A DNA stretch of 63,757 nt, filler included, from Octopus bimaculoides (GCF_001194135.2; 5 parts of 3 records of this genome joined end to end with filler, not necessarily neighbours in it); one strand, 5' to 3'; positions 23,325 to 37,528 are shown, counted from the whole stretch's first letter. A program made the numbers and translations. The notes: generated by a model from the letters alone, not told the origin.

Positions 23325-23720
23325 TTATCTTGTTTCAGTCATTTGACTGCGGCCATACTGGGACATTGCCTTAAAGAATTTTAGTCGACTTAATCGACCT
23401 TTGTACTATTTTCTTTTAAAGCCTGGTACGTATTCAATCAGTCTCTTTTGCCGAACCGCTAATGTACGGTGACATAAACACACCAACATCGGTTGTTAAG
23501 CGATGGTGGGGGTGGGGTACAAACACAGACACGCGTACACCATCCCCACACATATATATACGACGGGCTTCTTTCAGTTTCCGTCTACCAAATCCACTCA
23601 GAAGGCTTTGGTCGGCCTGAGGCTATAGTAGAAAACAGTTGCCTAAAGTTCCAACAGTGGGACTGAGCCCGGAACAATGTGGTTGGGAAACAATCTTCTT
23701 TACCACACAGCCACGCCTGT
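23325..23720 (-). mobile_element. SINE family A, full length
   Basis: Collinear with 12988-13404. Confidence 0.9.
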
Positions 23721-23979
23721 ATATATGTATGTGTATATATATATATATATATTCACACACACATATACATATATATGTATGCATGTATGTATGTATGCAT
23801 ATGTGGGTTTCTTTTGGTGATGAATTCTGAAGTTAAACAAACGTGACTAGTTAAGTGTAAGTCATTGTTTTTATTTCAAGTAAATATACAAACATATTTT
23901 CGTTCGAAGTTGATGTCTTACCCTCTTATTACTCATGGTACGTGTCATCCTTCAGGCGACGATAAACATCCGAACGAAA

Positions 23980-24047
<68 letters not shown>

Positions 24048-24279
24048 GTTATACAATAACGTAGGCGCTAGAAGCAGCGTGGTTCGTATTTATTGTAGGT
24101 CAGAATGAAGGGGAAACGATGTGTCACTTTCACGTTTCTTATCACAAGATTTCTGGATTTCTGAACTCTGACGCGTTTTATTTGAGCAATGACGAAAGAG
24201 TTAAGCTAGGAAGCCTTGTGAGTGAGCGTGTGAGCGTGTAAGCGTGAGTGCATGCATACGTGTGTGTATGAATGCATGA

Positions 24280-24311
<32 letters not shown>

Positions 24312-24479
24312 TTCTATGTATGTATGTCTACGTATAGCTGTCTAAAAATCCATGAGTCAGGAAAGAAAATTGAGTGTTCGTATGGTGAGTGGGTATTGGG
24401 TGAAGAAAAATCCAAGACTGGGTGCCTGGCATCTAAAATATCGTCAGGCGCTGACAGCCCTCTAAGAGTCGGGCAATGG

Positions 24480-25116
24480 GATCGGTGGATGTTCCACTTT
24501 AGAAATTTATAGAGGATTAGTGGCGGGGAGGTGCGACGATGTTCTCGGGGAGACTCTGGGCGCCGACGGAAATGAACTGATTAGTCTGTTCCAGAGGATT
24601 TTCCGGTCGGGAACTATCATGGATAATTTCCACTTGTCCTTGGCCTAGCAGTGCCACCGGGGGCGCTACTGGTTCGAGATAAACTGTACAGGCACGGATG
24701 TGTTGTCAGACGGGCTTGTCCAAGGTGCGTCCAGATTGACGAAACCGTTCTGCACGCACTCGTTAAGTATCCAGGCATTGCTGACTTGTGTTGTGTCACG
24801 TGTGGGAAGGATCCATCTATCGGTCGGGTTTGTAGAAATGATTGCCCCGCTGCCCTCCTTCAGTCGGGCAGGCAAGACAGTTGTCCTTTGCCTGGTGGCT
24901 GTGGCGAAAGAAGTTGTTTGATGGACAAGGCTGAAAGGCATGAGGACAAATACATTCCTCTTTGGTAGAACTCTCATTGACTTCTTCAAGTTTCACTTGA
25001 AAAGGAAATTGAGAGTGGAGAGGGAAGTGCTGTCCTCGTGTAAGTTTATTGAAAGATGAGTGAAAGTTGCGAAAATGGCAAGAGTGGATGGTACCTCTCT
25101 AAGTATAGACTTGTGA
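24480..25116 (+). mobile_element. L1/Tx1-clade LINE ORF2 3' fragment with zinc-knuckle region
   Basis: FHLSLA*QCHRGALLVRDKLYRHG...CPRC..DETVLHAL...LVAVAKEVV/WWTRLKG...FFKFHLKRKLRVERE, the post-RT CCHC region of Tx1-like elements; stops and frameshifts present. Confidence 0.8.
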
Positions 25117-25559
25117 ATCGGAGAGAAGGAATAGGAGAGGGCACTTGCTCTTAATGTTCAGAGAAATCTTCGACAGTGGGGGTTCCTTGATTATTCCTAG
25201 AGGTCATCCAGTGAGCGAAGCTGGAGAGATCCGTACTCTACTCTTACTAACCAGCTTTTCCCTCTCCGGGCAAACATGTCCTAATATTACAAGTGGACCG
25301 CACTAACACAACACCTTACATCTTTCCTCTTCACGCTTAACATTGCAATTTCATAAACAGAACACCCCTAAATTCTGTGTATCTCTGCCCTCTTCCCTTT
25401 GTCCTTTAGCCTTAGCTAGCGAATTCTAAACCCCGACCCTAATTGGCTTGTATGCTTTTATTTTTCTTCACGCTTACATTTGCTTTCTTTATTCTTTCTT
25501 TATCCTTAATTTATATTATGACCTCTCTTTGCTTCCCACTGCTCTAAGCCTACTGTAAC

Positions 25560-26210
25560 AGAATATCACCTGCACCCAACACTGGCCTACCTAAGAACCA
25601 GTGTAGCAGAATCCTATCTCACCTGGATCGCCCACCTTGGATATCATATTGCGAAGGCGCGTGGCTTAGTGGTTAGGGGCATTCGACTCACGGTCATAAG
25701 GTCGTGAGTTCAATTCCTGGCAACGCGTTGTATCCTTGAGCAAGACACTTTATTTCACGTTGCGCCAGTCACTCAACTGGCAAAAATGAGTCAAACTCTG
25801 TGTCACGCTGAATCTCCCTGAGAGCTACATTCGGGGTACACTTGTCTGTGGATTGCCCAGTCACTTACACGTTAATTTCACGAGCAAGCTATTCCGTTGA
25901 TCGTATCAGCTGAGACCCTCCTCGTCGTAACCGACGGAGTGCTCCTTTTAATATCATATTACACACTTTCAAAAACTATATTCTTAACTTCAATGATCAA
26001 CTTTGTTGGTCATTCTCCCATTTCATAGTTGGCCTTGACAGACCACAGCCACTTCCTTGCTGTATTCATGGGATATTCTTCTGTTTGTAAAATTACGTTT
26101 CCTCTGATGATAATGATTTTTTGTAATGGAGTAATGTTCTCATTCTTCTATCAGAAAGAACTGTAAGAAACAGCTGTAATGAGCTGACAATTATCGAACA
26201 TATATTATTA
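25560..26210 (+). repeat. Unclassified dispersed repeat (host of the SINE C insertion); second copy at 63420-63757
   Basis: Collinear with 63420-63757 (acacactttca...ttggtcattctcccatttca...gtaatgttctcattcttctat...gtaagaaacagctgtaatgagctgacaattatc). Confidence 0.8.
25651..25950 (+). mobile_element. SINE family C, full length with TSD
   Basis: tRNA-like head gcgaaggcgcgtggcttagtggttag...gagttcaattcc; perfect 10-bp TSD atatcatatt at 25641-25650 and 25951-25960. Confidence 0.9.
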
Positions 26211-28162
26211 TTCATTTGATTATAATACACCAATGAGTCTTGCGACTTGTCGGACACCCTACAGTATACCATCAACGTACTATTCAGCGTAACGTGTGAT
26301 TTGGTCTAGGCTCGAGGCGCTAGATATTCATAAGGTTCGTTTCCTCTGTGAACACAACTACCAACCATAGGTCAGAACCACATGTTTATCCAACCCTACC
26401 TGGTGCATATCTTTTCAAGTACCTGATTCTATTTGAATCCTTATTTTACTATATATNNNNNNNNNNNNNNNNNNNNNNNNNNNNNNNNNNNNNNNNNNNN
26501 NNNNNNNNNNNNNNNNNNNNNNNNNNNNNNNNNNNNNNNNNNNNNNNNNNNNNNNNNNNNNNNNNNNNNNNNNNNNNNNNNNNNNNNNNNNNNNNNNNNN
26601 NNNNNNNNNNNNNNNNNNNNNNNNNNNNNNNNNNNNNNNNNNNNNNNNNNNNNNNNNNNNNNNNNNNNNNNNNNNNNNNNNNNNNNNNNNNNNNNNNNNN
26701 NNNNNNNNNNNNNNNNNNNNNNNNNNNNNNNNNNNNNNNNNNNNNNNNNNNNNNNNNNNNNNNNNNNNNNNNNNNNNNNNNNNNNNNNNNNNNNNNNNNN
26801 NNNNNNNNNNNNNNNNNNNNNNNNNNNNNNNNNNNNNNNNNNNNNNNNNNNNNNNNNNNNNNNNNNNNNNNNNNNNNNNNNNNNNNNNNNNNNNNNNNNN
26901 NNNNNNNNNNNNNNNNNNNNNNNNNNNNNNNNNNNNNNNNNNNNNNNNNNNNNNNNNNNNNNNNNNNNNNNNNNNNNNNNNNNNNNNNNNNNNNNNNNNN
27001 NNNNNNNNNNNNNNNNNNNNNNNNNNNNNNNNNNNNNNNNNNNNNNNNNNNNNNNNNNNNNNNNNNNNNNNNNNNNNNNNNNNNNNNNNNNNNNNNNNNN
27101 NNNNNNNNNNNNNNNNNNNNNNNNNNNNNNNNNNNNNNNNNNNNNNNNNNNNNNNNNNNNNNNNNNNNNNNNNNNNNNNNNNNNNNNNNNNNNNNNNNNN
27201 NNNNNNNNNNNNNNNNNNNNNNNNNNNNNNNNNNNNNNNNNNNNNNNNNNNNNNNNNNNNNNNNNNNNNNNNNNNNNNNNNNNNNNNNNNNNNNNNNNNN
27301 NNNNNNNNNNNNNNNNNNNNNNNNNNNNNNNNNNNNNNNNNNNNNNNNNNNNNNNNNNNNNNNNNNNNNNNNNNNNNNNNNNNTATATATATATATATCG
27401 TGGGAAGAACCATTTTAACGATGTGTACTGCCTTAATTCTTCGAAACGTCGGTGTTTTAATGGTGGCAGCTGATGATGAAGGAGATGTTTCTATGTGGCC
27501 TGCTTGTTTGTTGTACCGTGTCTATCATTTTGTCCATGTTCTTTTGCCACGTCATGTACCCAGTTATGTATCTATATGTACATGTGGATGAAGGTATGTA
27601 CATACATGTACATATATATGCATATACTCATATATTGTTTGTATCACGACAGAACGCACGCGTTAACCTTTATACAGTAAGTTTTAACTATTTTTCTAAC
27701 NNNNNNNNNNTATGCATATACTCATATATTGTTTGTATCACGACAGAACGCACGCGTTAACCTTTATACAGTAAGTTTTAACTATTTTTCTAACGCGACT
27801 CTCCCTATCTCTATATCTATCTCCCCCTCTCATTCTTCCCTCTACTGTTCTTCGCCTCTCCCTGTCACTACTATCTCTCTCTCTATCTCTTATTGCTCGT
27901 CCTTCACCTCTCACCGCTACTACTACTATCTCTCCCCCTCTCTACCTCTCGTTGCTCACTTTTATTCTACTTCCTCCCCTTCTTCTTCCTCTGCTACTCT
28001 TTCTCTCTACACAGCGTTGGTCACGTGTGTCCGGCTGCTATTTCTTTTCGTTCTTGGACTCCNNNNNNNNNNNNNNNNNNNNNNNNNNNNNNNNNNNNNN
28101 NNNNNNNNNNNNNNNNNNNNNNNNNNNNNNNNNNNNNNNNNNNNNNNNNNNNNNNNNNNNNN

Positions 28163-28206
<44 letters not shown>

Positions 28207-28336
28207 GTGTGTAGATGCGTTTCCGGATGTGTACATGCATCCTATGTGCATATTTATGCGCTTGTGGTTTTTCTCAGTGTGCACCTGTTATGCATACACA
28301 CACACATACACACACAAACATACACATACATATTGA

Positions 28337-28424
<88 letters not shown>

Positions 28425-29679
28425 TTCATACATATATGTACATTGTATATGCATGGCATCTCCAATTCTATATACATATACACACACACACACACATATA
28501 ATATATATATATATATGCCCAGTCTTATTTAGGCAGATCAGATCTTATTTGCGTAGGCAAACAGAAGCGTTTAACGTTATATTTTGATACATAGATGCAC
28601 GCAATTACAGTTGCGTATCTAGAAAGACATTAGCCTGCACAGATGTGGCTGAAGCGGGTTGTGTTCGGAAGCGCTCAGAGAAAGAGAAGCACGCAAATAG
28701 AAAGAAAAACATCAGCACAAACACAAATTTATATTTAGAAATATTTATAGATATACATATTCCAATTTATAGAGTGGAAGTAGAGATAGACATACAGATA
28801 ACAGCTATATATATATATATNNNNNNNNNNNNNNNNNNNNNNNNNNNNNNNNNNNNNNNNNNNNNNNNNNNNNNNNNNNNNNNNNNNNNNNNNNNNNNNN
28901 NNNNNNNNNNNNNNNNNNNNNNNNNNNNNNNNNNNNNNNNNNNNNNNNNNNNNNNNNNNNNNNNNNNNNNNNNNNNNNNNNNNNNNNNNNNNNNNNNNNN
29001 NNNNNNNNNNNNNNNNNNNNNNNNNNNNNNNNNNNNNNNNNNNNNNNNNNNNNNNNNNNNNNNNNNNNNNNNNNNNNNNNNNNNNNNNNNNNNNNNNNNN
29101 NNNNNNNNNNNNNNNNNNNNNNNNNNNNNNNNNNNNNNNNNNNNNNNNNNNNNNNNNNNNNNNNNNNNNNNNNNNNNNNNNNNNNNNNNNNNNNNNNNNN
29201 NNNNNNNNNNNNNNNNNNNNNNNNNNNNNNNNNNNNNNNNNNNNNNNNNNNNNNNNNNNNNNNNNNNNNNNNNNNNNNNNNNNNNNNNNNNNNNNNNNNN
29301 NNNNNNNNNNNNNNNNNNNNNNNNNNNNNNNNNNNNNNNNNNNNNNNNNNNNNNNNNNNNNNNNNNNNNNNNNNNNNNNNNNNNNNNNNNNNNNNNNNNN
29401 NNNNNNNNNNNNNNNNNNNNNNNNNNNNNNNNNNNNNNNNNNNNNNNNNNNNNNNNNNNNNNNNNNNNNNNNNNNNNNNNNNNNNNNNNNNNNNNNNNNN
29501 NNNNNNNNNNNNNNNNNNNNNNNNNNNNNNNNNNNNNNNNNNNNNNNNNNNNNNNNNNNNNNNNNNNNNNNNNNNNNNNNNNNNNNNNNNNNNNNNNNNN
29601 NNNNNNNNNNNNNNNNNNNNNNNNNNNNNNNNNNNNNNNNNNNNNNNNNNNNNNNNNNNNNNNNNNNNNNNNNNCCATG

Positions 29680-30145
29680 ATGGGGCGCCGCCTTAAAGAA
29701 TCTTAGTCTAATGGAAGACCCCTAATACTTTTTGTAAAGTCTGGTACTTATTCTATCAGTGTCTTTTGCCGAACCGCTAAATTTACGGAGATGTAAACAC
29801 ACCTCCAACAGTTTATTAAGTGGTGATAGGGGAAACACCGACAGCCTCATGCCGACCAAAATCTTGTGAGTAGATTTGATAAACGGAAACTGAAAGAAGA
29901 CCGTCCTATATATATATATATATATATATATCTGTGTGTCGTTGTGTCTATGTTTGTTCCCACCACCGTTTGACAACTAGTGTTGATGAGTTTATGTCCC
30001 TGCAACCTAGCAGTTCGGCAAAGAAGCCAATAAAATAAACACCAGGCTTTAAAAAATTAAGGACAGGGGTTGATTCCTTCCACTAAAAATTCATCAAGGC
30101 AGCGCTCCAGCATAACCGTAGTCTAATTACAAAAACAAGTGAATA
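29680..30145. mobile_element. Two truncated SINE A copies in divergent orientation
   Basis: 29680-29840 is a minus-strand tail; 29845-30145 is a plus-strand middle and tail. Confidence 0.7.
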
Positions 30146-30469
30146 ATTAAAGAAAAAAGATAATGGTAACGTACGAAAAGAAAAAAGAAAAACTATGCAT
30201 TTCTCCGAAAATTATGAGTAAATCAAATGATGAACACCAGACTGTTGTTATCCATCATGCTTTCACTAATTATTTTAGGAGCCTATGATATAGTCTTGTG
30301 CAGCCATAGATCATAAAGGCTCTCTCGATTCTCTCAACTTTTGACCAAGAGAGACATCCAGGATGTCATAAATGGAGGGTGTGAGCTGTACCAGCACTCG
30401 GCTGGGACGTGTGGAGCAATGTGAAGTGCTTTGACTGTCTGGTCCAAGGATTGGACCCACGATGCGGCT

Positions 30470-30780
30470 TTATATAGTCTCTGTGGTGTTAAAATCTTCC
30501 TTGGGTGTGTGGGTTTGAGTAGAGTGGTAAGTAGGATTTAGGGTGGGTCGTTATAAAGAGGTATTTCGGAGAGATTTTTATTGATTAAATTTGGGGTTAT
30601 GCTATTGTTTAGAATTTATTCATGTATGTGGGAATTTGTAAGCAGGGGTAAAGATTTAGGTGTGTTACTTTTGGTAGCTAGGTATCGGATATATCAGTAG
30701 TTGTCGCTATTTTTGTTTTATTCGATTATATCCTGTTTTGACGTTGTAAAGGTCAAAGGTTTAAAGTTTAGTCCAGTATT
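30470..30780 (-). repeat. Dispersed repeat family F (unclassified, possibly Penelope-like)
   Basis: Shares ggctttatatagtc, ccttgggtgtgtgggttt and tattgtttagaat with 44480-44830 and (inverted) 44940-45150. Confidence 0.6.
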
Positions 30781-30786
30781 TAAAAA

Positions 30787-30824
30787 ACTGGAACCCTCGT
30801 CGTTGTAAGCGACGGAATGCCAAC
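30787..30824 (+). mobile_element. Isolated 3' terminus of SINE C / partner LINE
   Basis: actggaaccctcgtcgttgtaagcgacggaatgccaac matches the last ~40 nt of 58977-59358. Confidence 0.65.
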
Positions 30825-31162
30825 TAGAAATGAGCGCTAAAACACTTTTAAACCACCAAAATAACACTGAGCTATTTTGGTGGTTTCAATGTGAGTTTTA
30901 GCTCTCATTTCTAGCAGGTAGAGATAAAAGTGCGTCCTTTGTATGTAATGTATTTATGTGTACACATAAACACACATACATATATACATACACACGCATA
31001 CACGCAAACACACAAACACACACACACATGTATATATGAGAGATGAAGGAGGCATTGTAGGAGCGCAGGATGAGAGAAAGGGCGCACAATGTGGGGCTGG
31101 TCCCTAGGGTGCTGGTTATCTTCACACCAGCATCATGTGTATATATATATATATATATATAT

Positions 31163-31262
31163 NNNNNNNNNNNNNNNNNNNNNNNNNNNNNNNNNNNNNN
31201 NNNNNNTTAATTAATTAANNNNNNNNNNNNNNNNNNNNNNNNNNNNNNNNNNNNNNNNNNNN
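31163..31262. other. Synthetic scaffold join (44N-TTAATTAATTAA-44N)
   Basis: The identical 100-nt construct occurs four times in the window. Confidence 0.95.
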
Positions 31263-31305
<43 letters not shown>

Positions 31306-31306
31306 C

Positions 31307-31801
31307 CTCGACTATCGCGAGTGTTATGTTCCAAAACACCCCACGATAGATGGAAATCTGCGAAGTAGAAACAGTCCTCCAAGTCAGCTAATTTTTTCTC
31401 TACTACAGCTTTAATCTTTATGCCCTCCAACGCCGTTGACTGTTCGCATATACTTCAAACTGTTCCCGACAAAAGAAAGCAACATGAATTATCGTTATAG
31501 CCCCTAAACCCCTTATGTATGCATGTATGTATGTATAAGTCTATAAGTATATATACATACATACATGCATACATAAATACACACACACACACACACACCA
31601 CACAAATATTGGTACCTTATTTTATACCATTTCTCGTTTCAATCACTGGACTACGGTCATGCTGGGGCATCACCTTGCATTGTTAAGCCGACCAGTAATT
31701 GTTGTTTAATGGGATATTTAATCTATCGTCCCTTTCAACCGAACAGCCAAGGTACACGGCTATAAATAAACGAATGAATACTAATTGTGCCTGTGCATAT
31801 G

Positions 31802-31843
<42 letters not shown>

Positions 31844-34800
31844 CACACATATATATATGCATCAGTGTGTGTATGTATGTATAATATGACCTTCTCAACT
31901 GTTTCTATTTATAAATTTATTCACGAGACAGACACAGTTACTTGTGCAAACGGTCTTGGAGGTTTGGCTAAACGTATATGGATGAATTCACACAACGGTT
32001 TTTCTGTGTGTGTCTATATATATATGTGTGTATGTATGCATATATATATATATATATATATATATAAAGATATAGAAATATATATANNNNNNNNNNTATA
32101 TATACACATACATATACATATATATATATATAGACGCGCGGAGTGGGGCACCTGTAGGGTTCCTTATATGTGTTTGTATGCGTGCTGTATGTCGAGTATA
32201 GGTTTATAATTATGTCACATGACTTTTGTACATAATGCGATTGGCTTGTAAAATACAGGCGCATTTGACATGCTTAAACAGCATTGAATTTAGCGCAAAT
32301 GATTTAATACTTCTTTTCTCATAATTCCATGGCGCTCTGCCAATCTATTCTCCCCCCTTTCTTTCTTTCATTGCATATGTATTATGTCTCTGTGATAATA
32401 ATAGAAAATGATCGTAATAATAATAATAACAATAATAATAATAATAATAATAGTAATAATAGGAATGATGGTTTCTTTATTATTACTAGCGGCGTTCTAA
32501 TGATAACAACAACAAGAACGGAATTGGTTACAAATTCGACAGACAAATTGCAAAACCATCTATATTATACGAAGAACTGACAAGTATTTACACTGGACAG
32601 TAACCAGCTGGAGTTATAATAACTAAATATTGTTTATCAATTTATCCCGAATATAAAAATGAGTAAGGAACCAAAAAAAAAAAAAAACATGTGCTATGGC
32701 TGTTATTGGAAGTGTTAAATTAATTGAAACTGTGGACATTAAATTTAGAGCCAGACATTGAGTATTTTGTTGTTGTTGTTATTGATGTTGTTGTTGTCTA
32801 TAAATAAAGACACGATAATGGAGAAACCAGAAGCTAATTATTTTGAAGAATATAGTTAAACCAACAGAAAACGTTTAAAAAATTGAACGGATGAAATGTG
32901 AAGGGAATTGCGAAATATGCTAAAATAAAATGGAGGCTTGCAAACAGATTACTTGTGCAAATGTTGCCAATTGAAAACTCCGTTTACCGGACGTCAGTGG
33001 GTATTATTGGGGTGGGACCATCAGGATGGAATGTTCATCGTTTCGGGACATTTCTCTCGATGGTTTTACCGTGCATCGGCCCCGTAACTAATACGAGGCC
33101 CTGCCCAAAGGATCGACTGACGAGTATTTAATTATTGGCATTCAATCCTAAGTATTCTATCTCAGGATCAGCATCACCATTCCAATTGTAGATTCCTGCC
33201 GGTCTGACGTATTACAGAGGCAAACAGGTATCTGCTTCACACCTATACATATCCCTTTCCTGAACTAGGCTTCACCATTCTTTTTCAGCCATAACCAATG
33301 GATGTTCCTCGTAAGTATTGACTGGATTTCTTTCAAGATGTAGCTTGCTTGAAATAATTCAGGCTGATTGATAACAACAACCATCAAGTTATGATTCAAA
33401 TGAAAACCTCTACGTCGTCCAATTTCTAAAAGAAAGTGTATTGCACGCGCTCAATGGTAAGCAAACTGGCAAAAGGCCATGTAATTTCGTCGTCGTCGTA
33501 GTCGTCGGAGGAGGAGGGGAGGAGAAGGAGGAGGAAGAAGAGGAGGTAAATTGATTACATCGCTCCCAGTGCTTCATCGAACTGGAAATGGGATGAAAGG
33601 GCAAAGTCGACCTCGGCCGAATTTGAACTTAGGCGGTTAAGACGGACGAAATGCCGCTCAGCCTTTCGCCTAGCGTGCTAACAGTTCTGTCAGCTCTTCA
33701 TTTTCTGAAGTTACGAATCACACCTTTTACTGCATTCAGTCAAGTAAAACTTAATAATAATTCCTGTGATTTATTCCTCCAACGCCGCAGAGGCCATTTG
33801 GAGCACATTTTAAAAAGAATGACTTTATGCAAAGGGAATGATCGTTCACAGACCGAAATTTAAGTCCAGCAAATTTCTTGAAATTTGCTGGACCTTTGTA
33901 GGATTCAATAAAATTTTCATGGGTTCTGTTTTTTTTTGTGTGTGTGGGGGGGGGGGNNNNNNNNNNNNNNNNNNNNNNNNNNNNNNNNNNNNNNNNNNNN
34001 NNNNNNNNNNNNNNNNNNNNNNNNNNNNNNNNNNNNNNNNNNNNNNNNNNNNNNNNNNNNNNNNNNNNNNNNNNNNNNNNNNNNNNNNNNNNNNNNNNNN
34101 NNNNNNNNNNNNNNNNNNNNNNNNNNNNNNNNNNNNNNNNNNNNNNNNNNNNNNNNNNNNNNNNNNNNNNNNNNNNNNNNNNNNNNNCACCCTTCAGTAA
34201 ATCCATACTCGCCGCAATTCCTGAACTTCTGGCGGGAGTTTAAAGTTTTACCCATGGCAAAAAAAAAAAAAAATCGATAACATGAAGGGTGGACTATGCT
34301 GTCAGCACGATGACAGCACTGAGACCGACTCACGTAATTCCTGATGGTTACTGAGGACAGAAGACGGATATAAGATTTTTCGAAACGTCATTGTTGATGG
34401 TCGTTTGCGTTACCTTGGAGATGGTACATGTGGGAACTATTCGGAACAGGCAAGATTCTGTAACATCAACAACAACAACAACAACAACAACAACTACTAC
34501 TACTACTAGATTACAATAAAAAGTTTGTTGAGTAAGAATTTTCATGGAAATTTTTTTTATTCTCTTAGTTTAAAAAATGTGAAATATTCAACTAAAAATA
34601 CAAAACTGTAATTTCAATTTGTTTGTGCTTCTTGTGACATTGAAACATTTTTGAAAAAAAAAACTTTTTTATCAATTTCTTACATTTTCCCATTGGTTTC
34701 CACCCGCCTCACCCGGGGTATCAGGAGAATAATGTCTATCTACATATACCATCTGATCCAACGTTTCCAGAAATTTCTGTTGCTATAGCATCGAATGTAT

Positions 34801-35005
34801 TGAAGAACACGGAATTCCTCAGTGTCGACATTGAAGGATGGCGGTAGTTACTGTGTAGATTCAGAATTTGATAATAAACAGTATTGGAATTCTATTTCTG
34901 AAGGCAAAACAAACGCGAACGCACGCGCCTCCCACCTACCATACCCCTACTCGGTATCTTAAAATTTATTACAGAGTGAAGTAATATTCGACCGAATCTG
35001 CATTG

Positions 35006-35042
<37 letters not shown>

Positions 35043-37443
35043 TACGCATATGTATGTATGTATGTATGTATGTATGTGTGTCTGTCTGTGCTTGCGTGTC
35101 ATCCCACCATTTACTGACATATATNNNNNNNNNNNNNNNNNTATATATATCATTTGATAGCAGTTTGATTCGTTTTCATGTAATTTCAAGTTTCGTGGCC
35201 AAGATGTATATTAGGTAGTAAAATCGGTTAAAAAGGGTTACAGTGAACTTGCGAGTGGAAGGTCCAACGTTTCGCACAGGGACCATTCCATTGTCACTGG
35301 TAAAGAACACAAGATCGCGAGAGCTTCGTACGTGAACCAGAATTGGTAGAAACAGTATAAGAAGGAAGAGAGAAAGGGTAGTGGAATGAGGAGAAGCAGA
35401 CAAATCAGAAAGCGAGGTGATAGGAAAAGATGAGGTGAGAAGGGTGTTGAAGGGTAAGAAGAGGATTACGAAACTTTTTGAACGATGTATTATCAATAAT
35501 GGACTATATATCATTATACATACGTATTCTGTTTCTGTTATGAGCTTCCCCTGCTGGTACACAGGGTCCTCACACAAATGGTAAGTTGCTCGAAAACTCT
35601 GTGCGCCTGCACACAAACTTCAGAATTGCAACAATGTTAAAAAAAAAATCTATTTTATTCTATCGAGTGTGCTTTCCTCTTTCAACTGAAGTCACACTAA
35701 ACGAATATATATATGTATATATGTATGTGCATGTGCGCGTGCATGTATGCATGTATGTGTGCGTATGTTTGTATGCATGTATGTGTGCGTATGTTTGTAT
35801 GTATGTATGATTGCGTGAATGTATGTATGTATGAACCTATGTATGTGCGGATATATGCATGTATTTGTGTAGGTATGTGCATGTGTGTATGCATGTATGC
35901 ATGTATCATGCATGTGTATGTATGTAAGTATGTATTATGTGTGTGTATATACGTATATATGTATGTATGTGGATAGGTATGCATGTATGTATGTATGCAT
36001 ATATGTATATATGTGTATGTGTGTGTTTACAAACGCACACACTTACACAGTATACATTAATATACGTATATATTTACAGGTGTGTGTTTATGCATATATA
36101 TATATATATATATATATATACGTACACATTTGCATGTGTATGTGTTTATAATTGTCCGCAGAGTTTCCGCAACATACGGCAGCTGTGTAAAGCCTGTTGG
36201 AAGATTATCCAAGACAAGATTCACGCGGAGATAATGTTCAGAATGAGAACCAGTCGTGAATAACCGAGCGTTCTAGTCATTTTTTCGCAAATAGTGGAGA
36301 TTTTAACGATACTTGCCTTGTATGGTGTGAAGGGAGAGAAAGAGAGAGAGAGAGAGAGAGGAAAGTGGAGAGAGAGAGAGAGTGAGACAGGGGAGGGTGG
36401 AAAGAAAGAAAGAGAAAGCGTATGGCATAGAGAGTGGGGTAGAGAATGATGGTGCGAGATGGGTATAGATGTTAAAAGACAGATGGAGAGAAAAAGGAAG
36501 AGTAGTAAGACAATAGAAAGAAATGGTGAGACAGAAAGAGAGGGAATGAGACAGAGAAAGGCGAGGGAGGAGAGAGAGAGGGGGGAGAGAAGGAGAGAGA
36601 AAGATAGAGAGAGAGGACGAAAAGAAAAAAAGAAAGAGTGAGATGGAAGGAGGGTTGAGTAAGGGCGAAATAAAGAGATAAAGAAAGATGAAGAGAAATA
36701 AGGAAGACGACGTGAATGATGTAGAGAGATGTAGAGAAAGAATAATGGAATATAGACAGGTTGCAGAGAAGAAGAAATGGAGGAAGAAAGATAGAGAGAA
36801 AAAGAAAAAGAGGGAGAGATGAAGTAAAGGAGAGAGAGAGAGCGGGAGAGATGAAGAAAAGGAGAGAACGAAGAGGAGAGAGACGTGAATGGTTGCATTA
36901 AATGCATCGCGCCCTGTTTGGGTTGATATCTTCAGTTGGAATCATGCGGCAGGGTTTTTCACTGGTTTCCATCTCTTCGAAAAGTATTAACCAATTAACG
37001 AGCGGGAGGGAGGGCTTGTGCAGAATCCGCCAACCTGTGTAAATAGCAACCAAACACCCTTAAATTAACATCATGCCGAAGATTTGTGACTACAGAATTC
37101 TAGGTATATATCGTAGTAAAGCGGAATGGTCATGGCTGGAGCGTATTTCATTATTAGCCCAGCTGAATATATATATACGGGCAAGAACGCAAAACATCCA
37201 GACAGTTACGGCAAGCTTCAAACACTAGTCAGAAGCAAGACAGTTGCGACGTAAACCACGTCTTTCTGTTTCAACTTTTTGAAAATCAGTGAAAACTGTG
37301 AAACCGGTTAAATCTTTAAATATAATAAAAATATACTTTAACCTTTCTCAGTGCAGTTTTCAATTTTTTTTTTACTTATATTTCTACCCGTGTGGAATAA
37401 AATAACTTTATTTTGTATATGTATACACACACACTTGCGCACA

Positions 37444-37528
<85 letters not shown>

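Noticed and set aside
15803-23937. Plus-strand exon-like segments 15803-15946 and 23881-23937
   Set aside because: Open and splice-flanked, but with weak sites, no recognisable product and no start or end; could be chance.
27438-27482. Type II hammerhead-like arrangement (cttcGAAAcgUC...CUGAUGAugaag)
   Set aside because: Stem II could pair but stem I cannot (G.G and G.A at its base); likely chance.
27617-27794. 84-bp exact direct repeat
   Set aside because: Identical copies abut both sides of a 10-N gap, which indicates an unmerged contig overlap.
33130-33365. Exon-like open frames on both strands
   Set aside because: Comparable splice signals on each strand and no unique consistent phase; cannot be supported.
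34351-34395. CTGAGGA...CGAAACGTC hammerhead-like motif
   Set aside because: Stem I does not form, and CTGAGGA is the reverse complement of the tcctcag splice acceptor of the candidate microexon.
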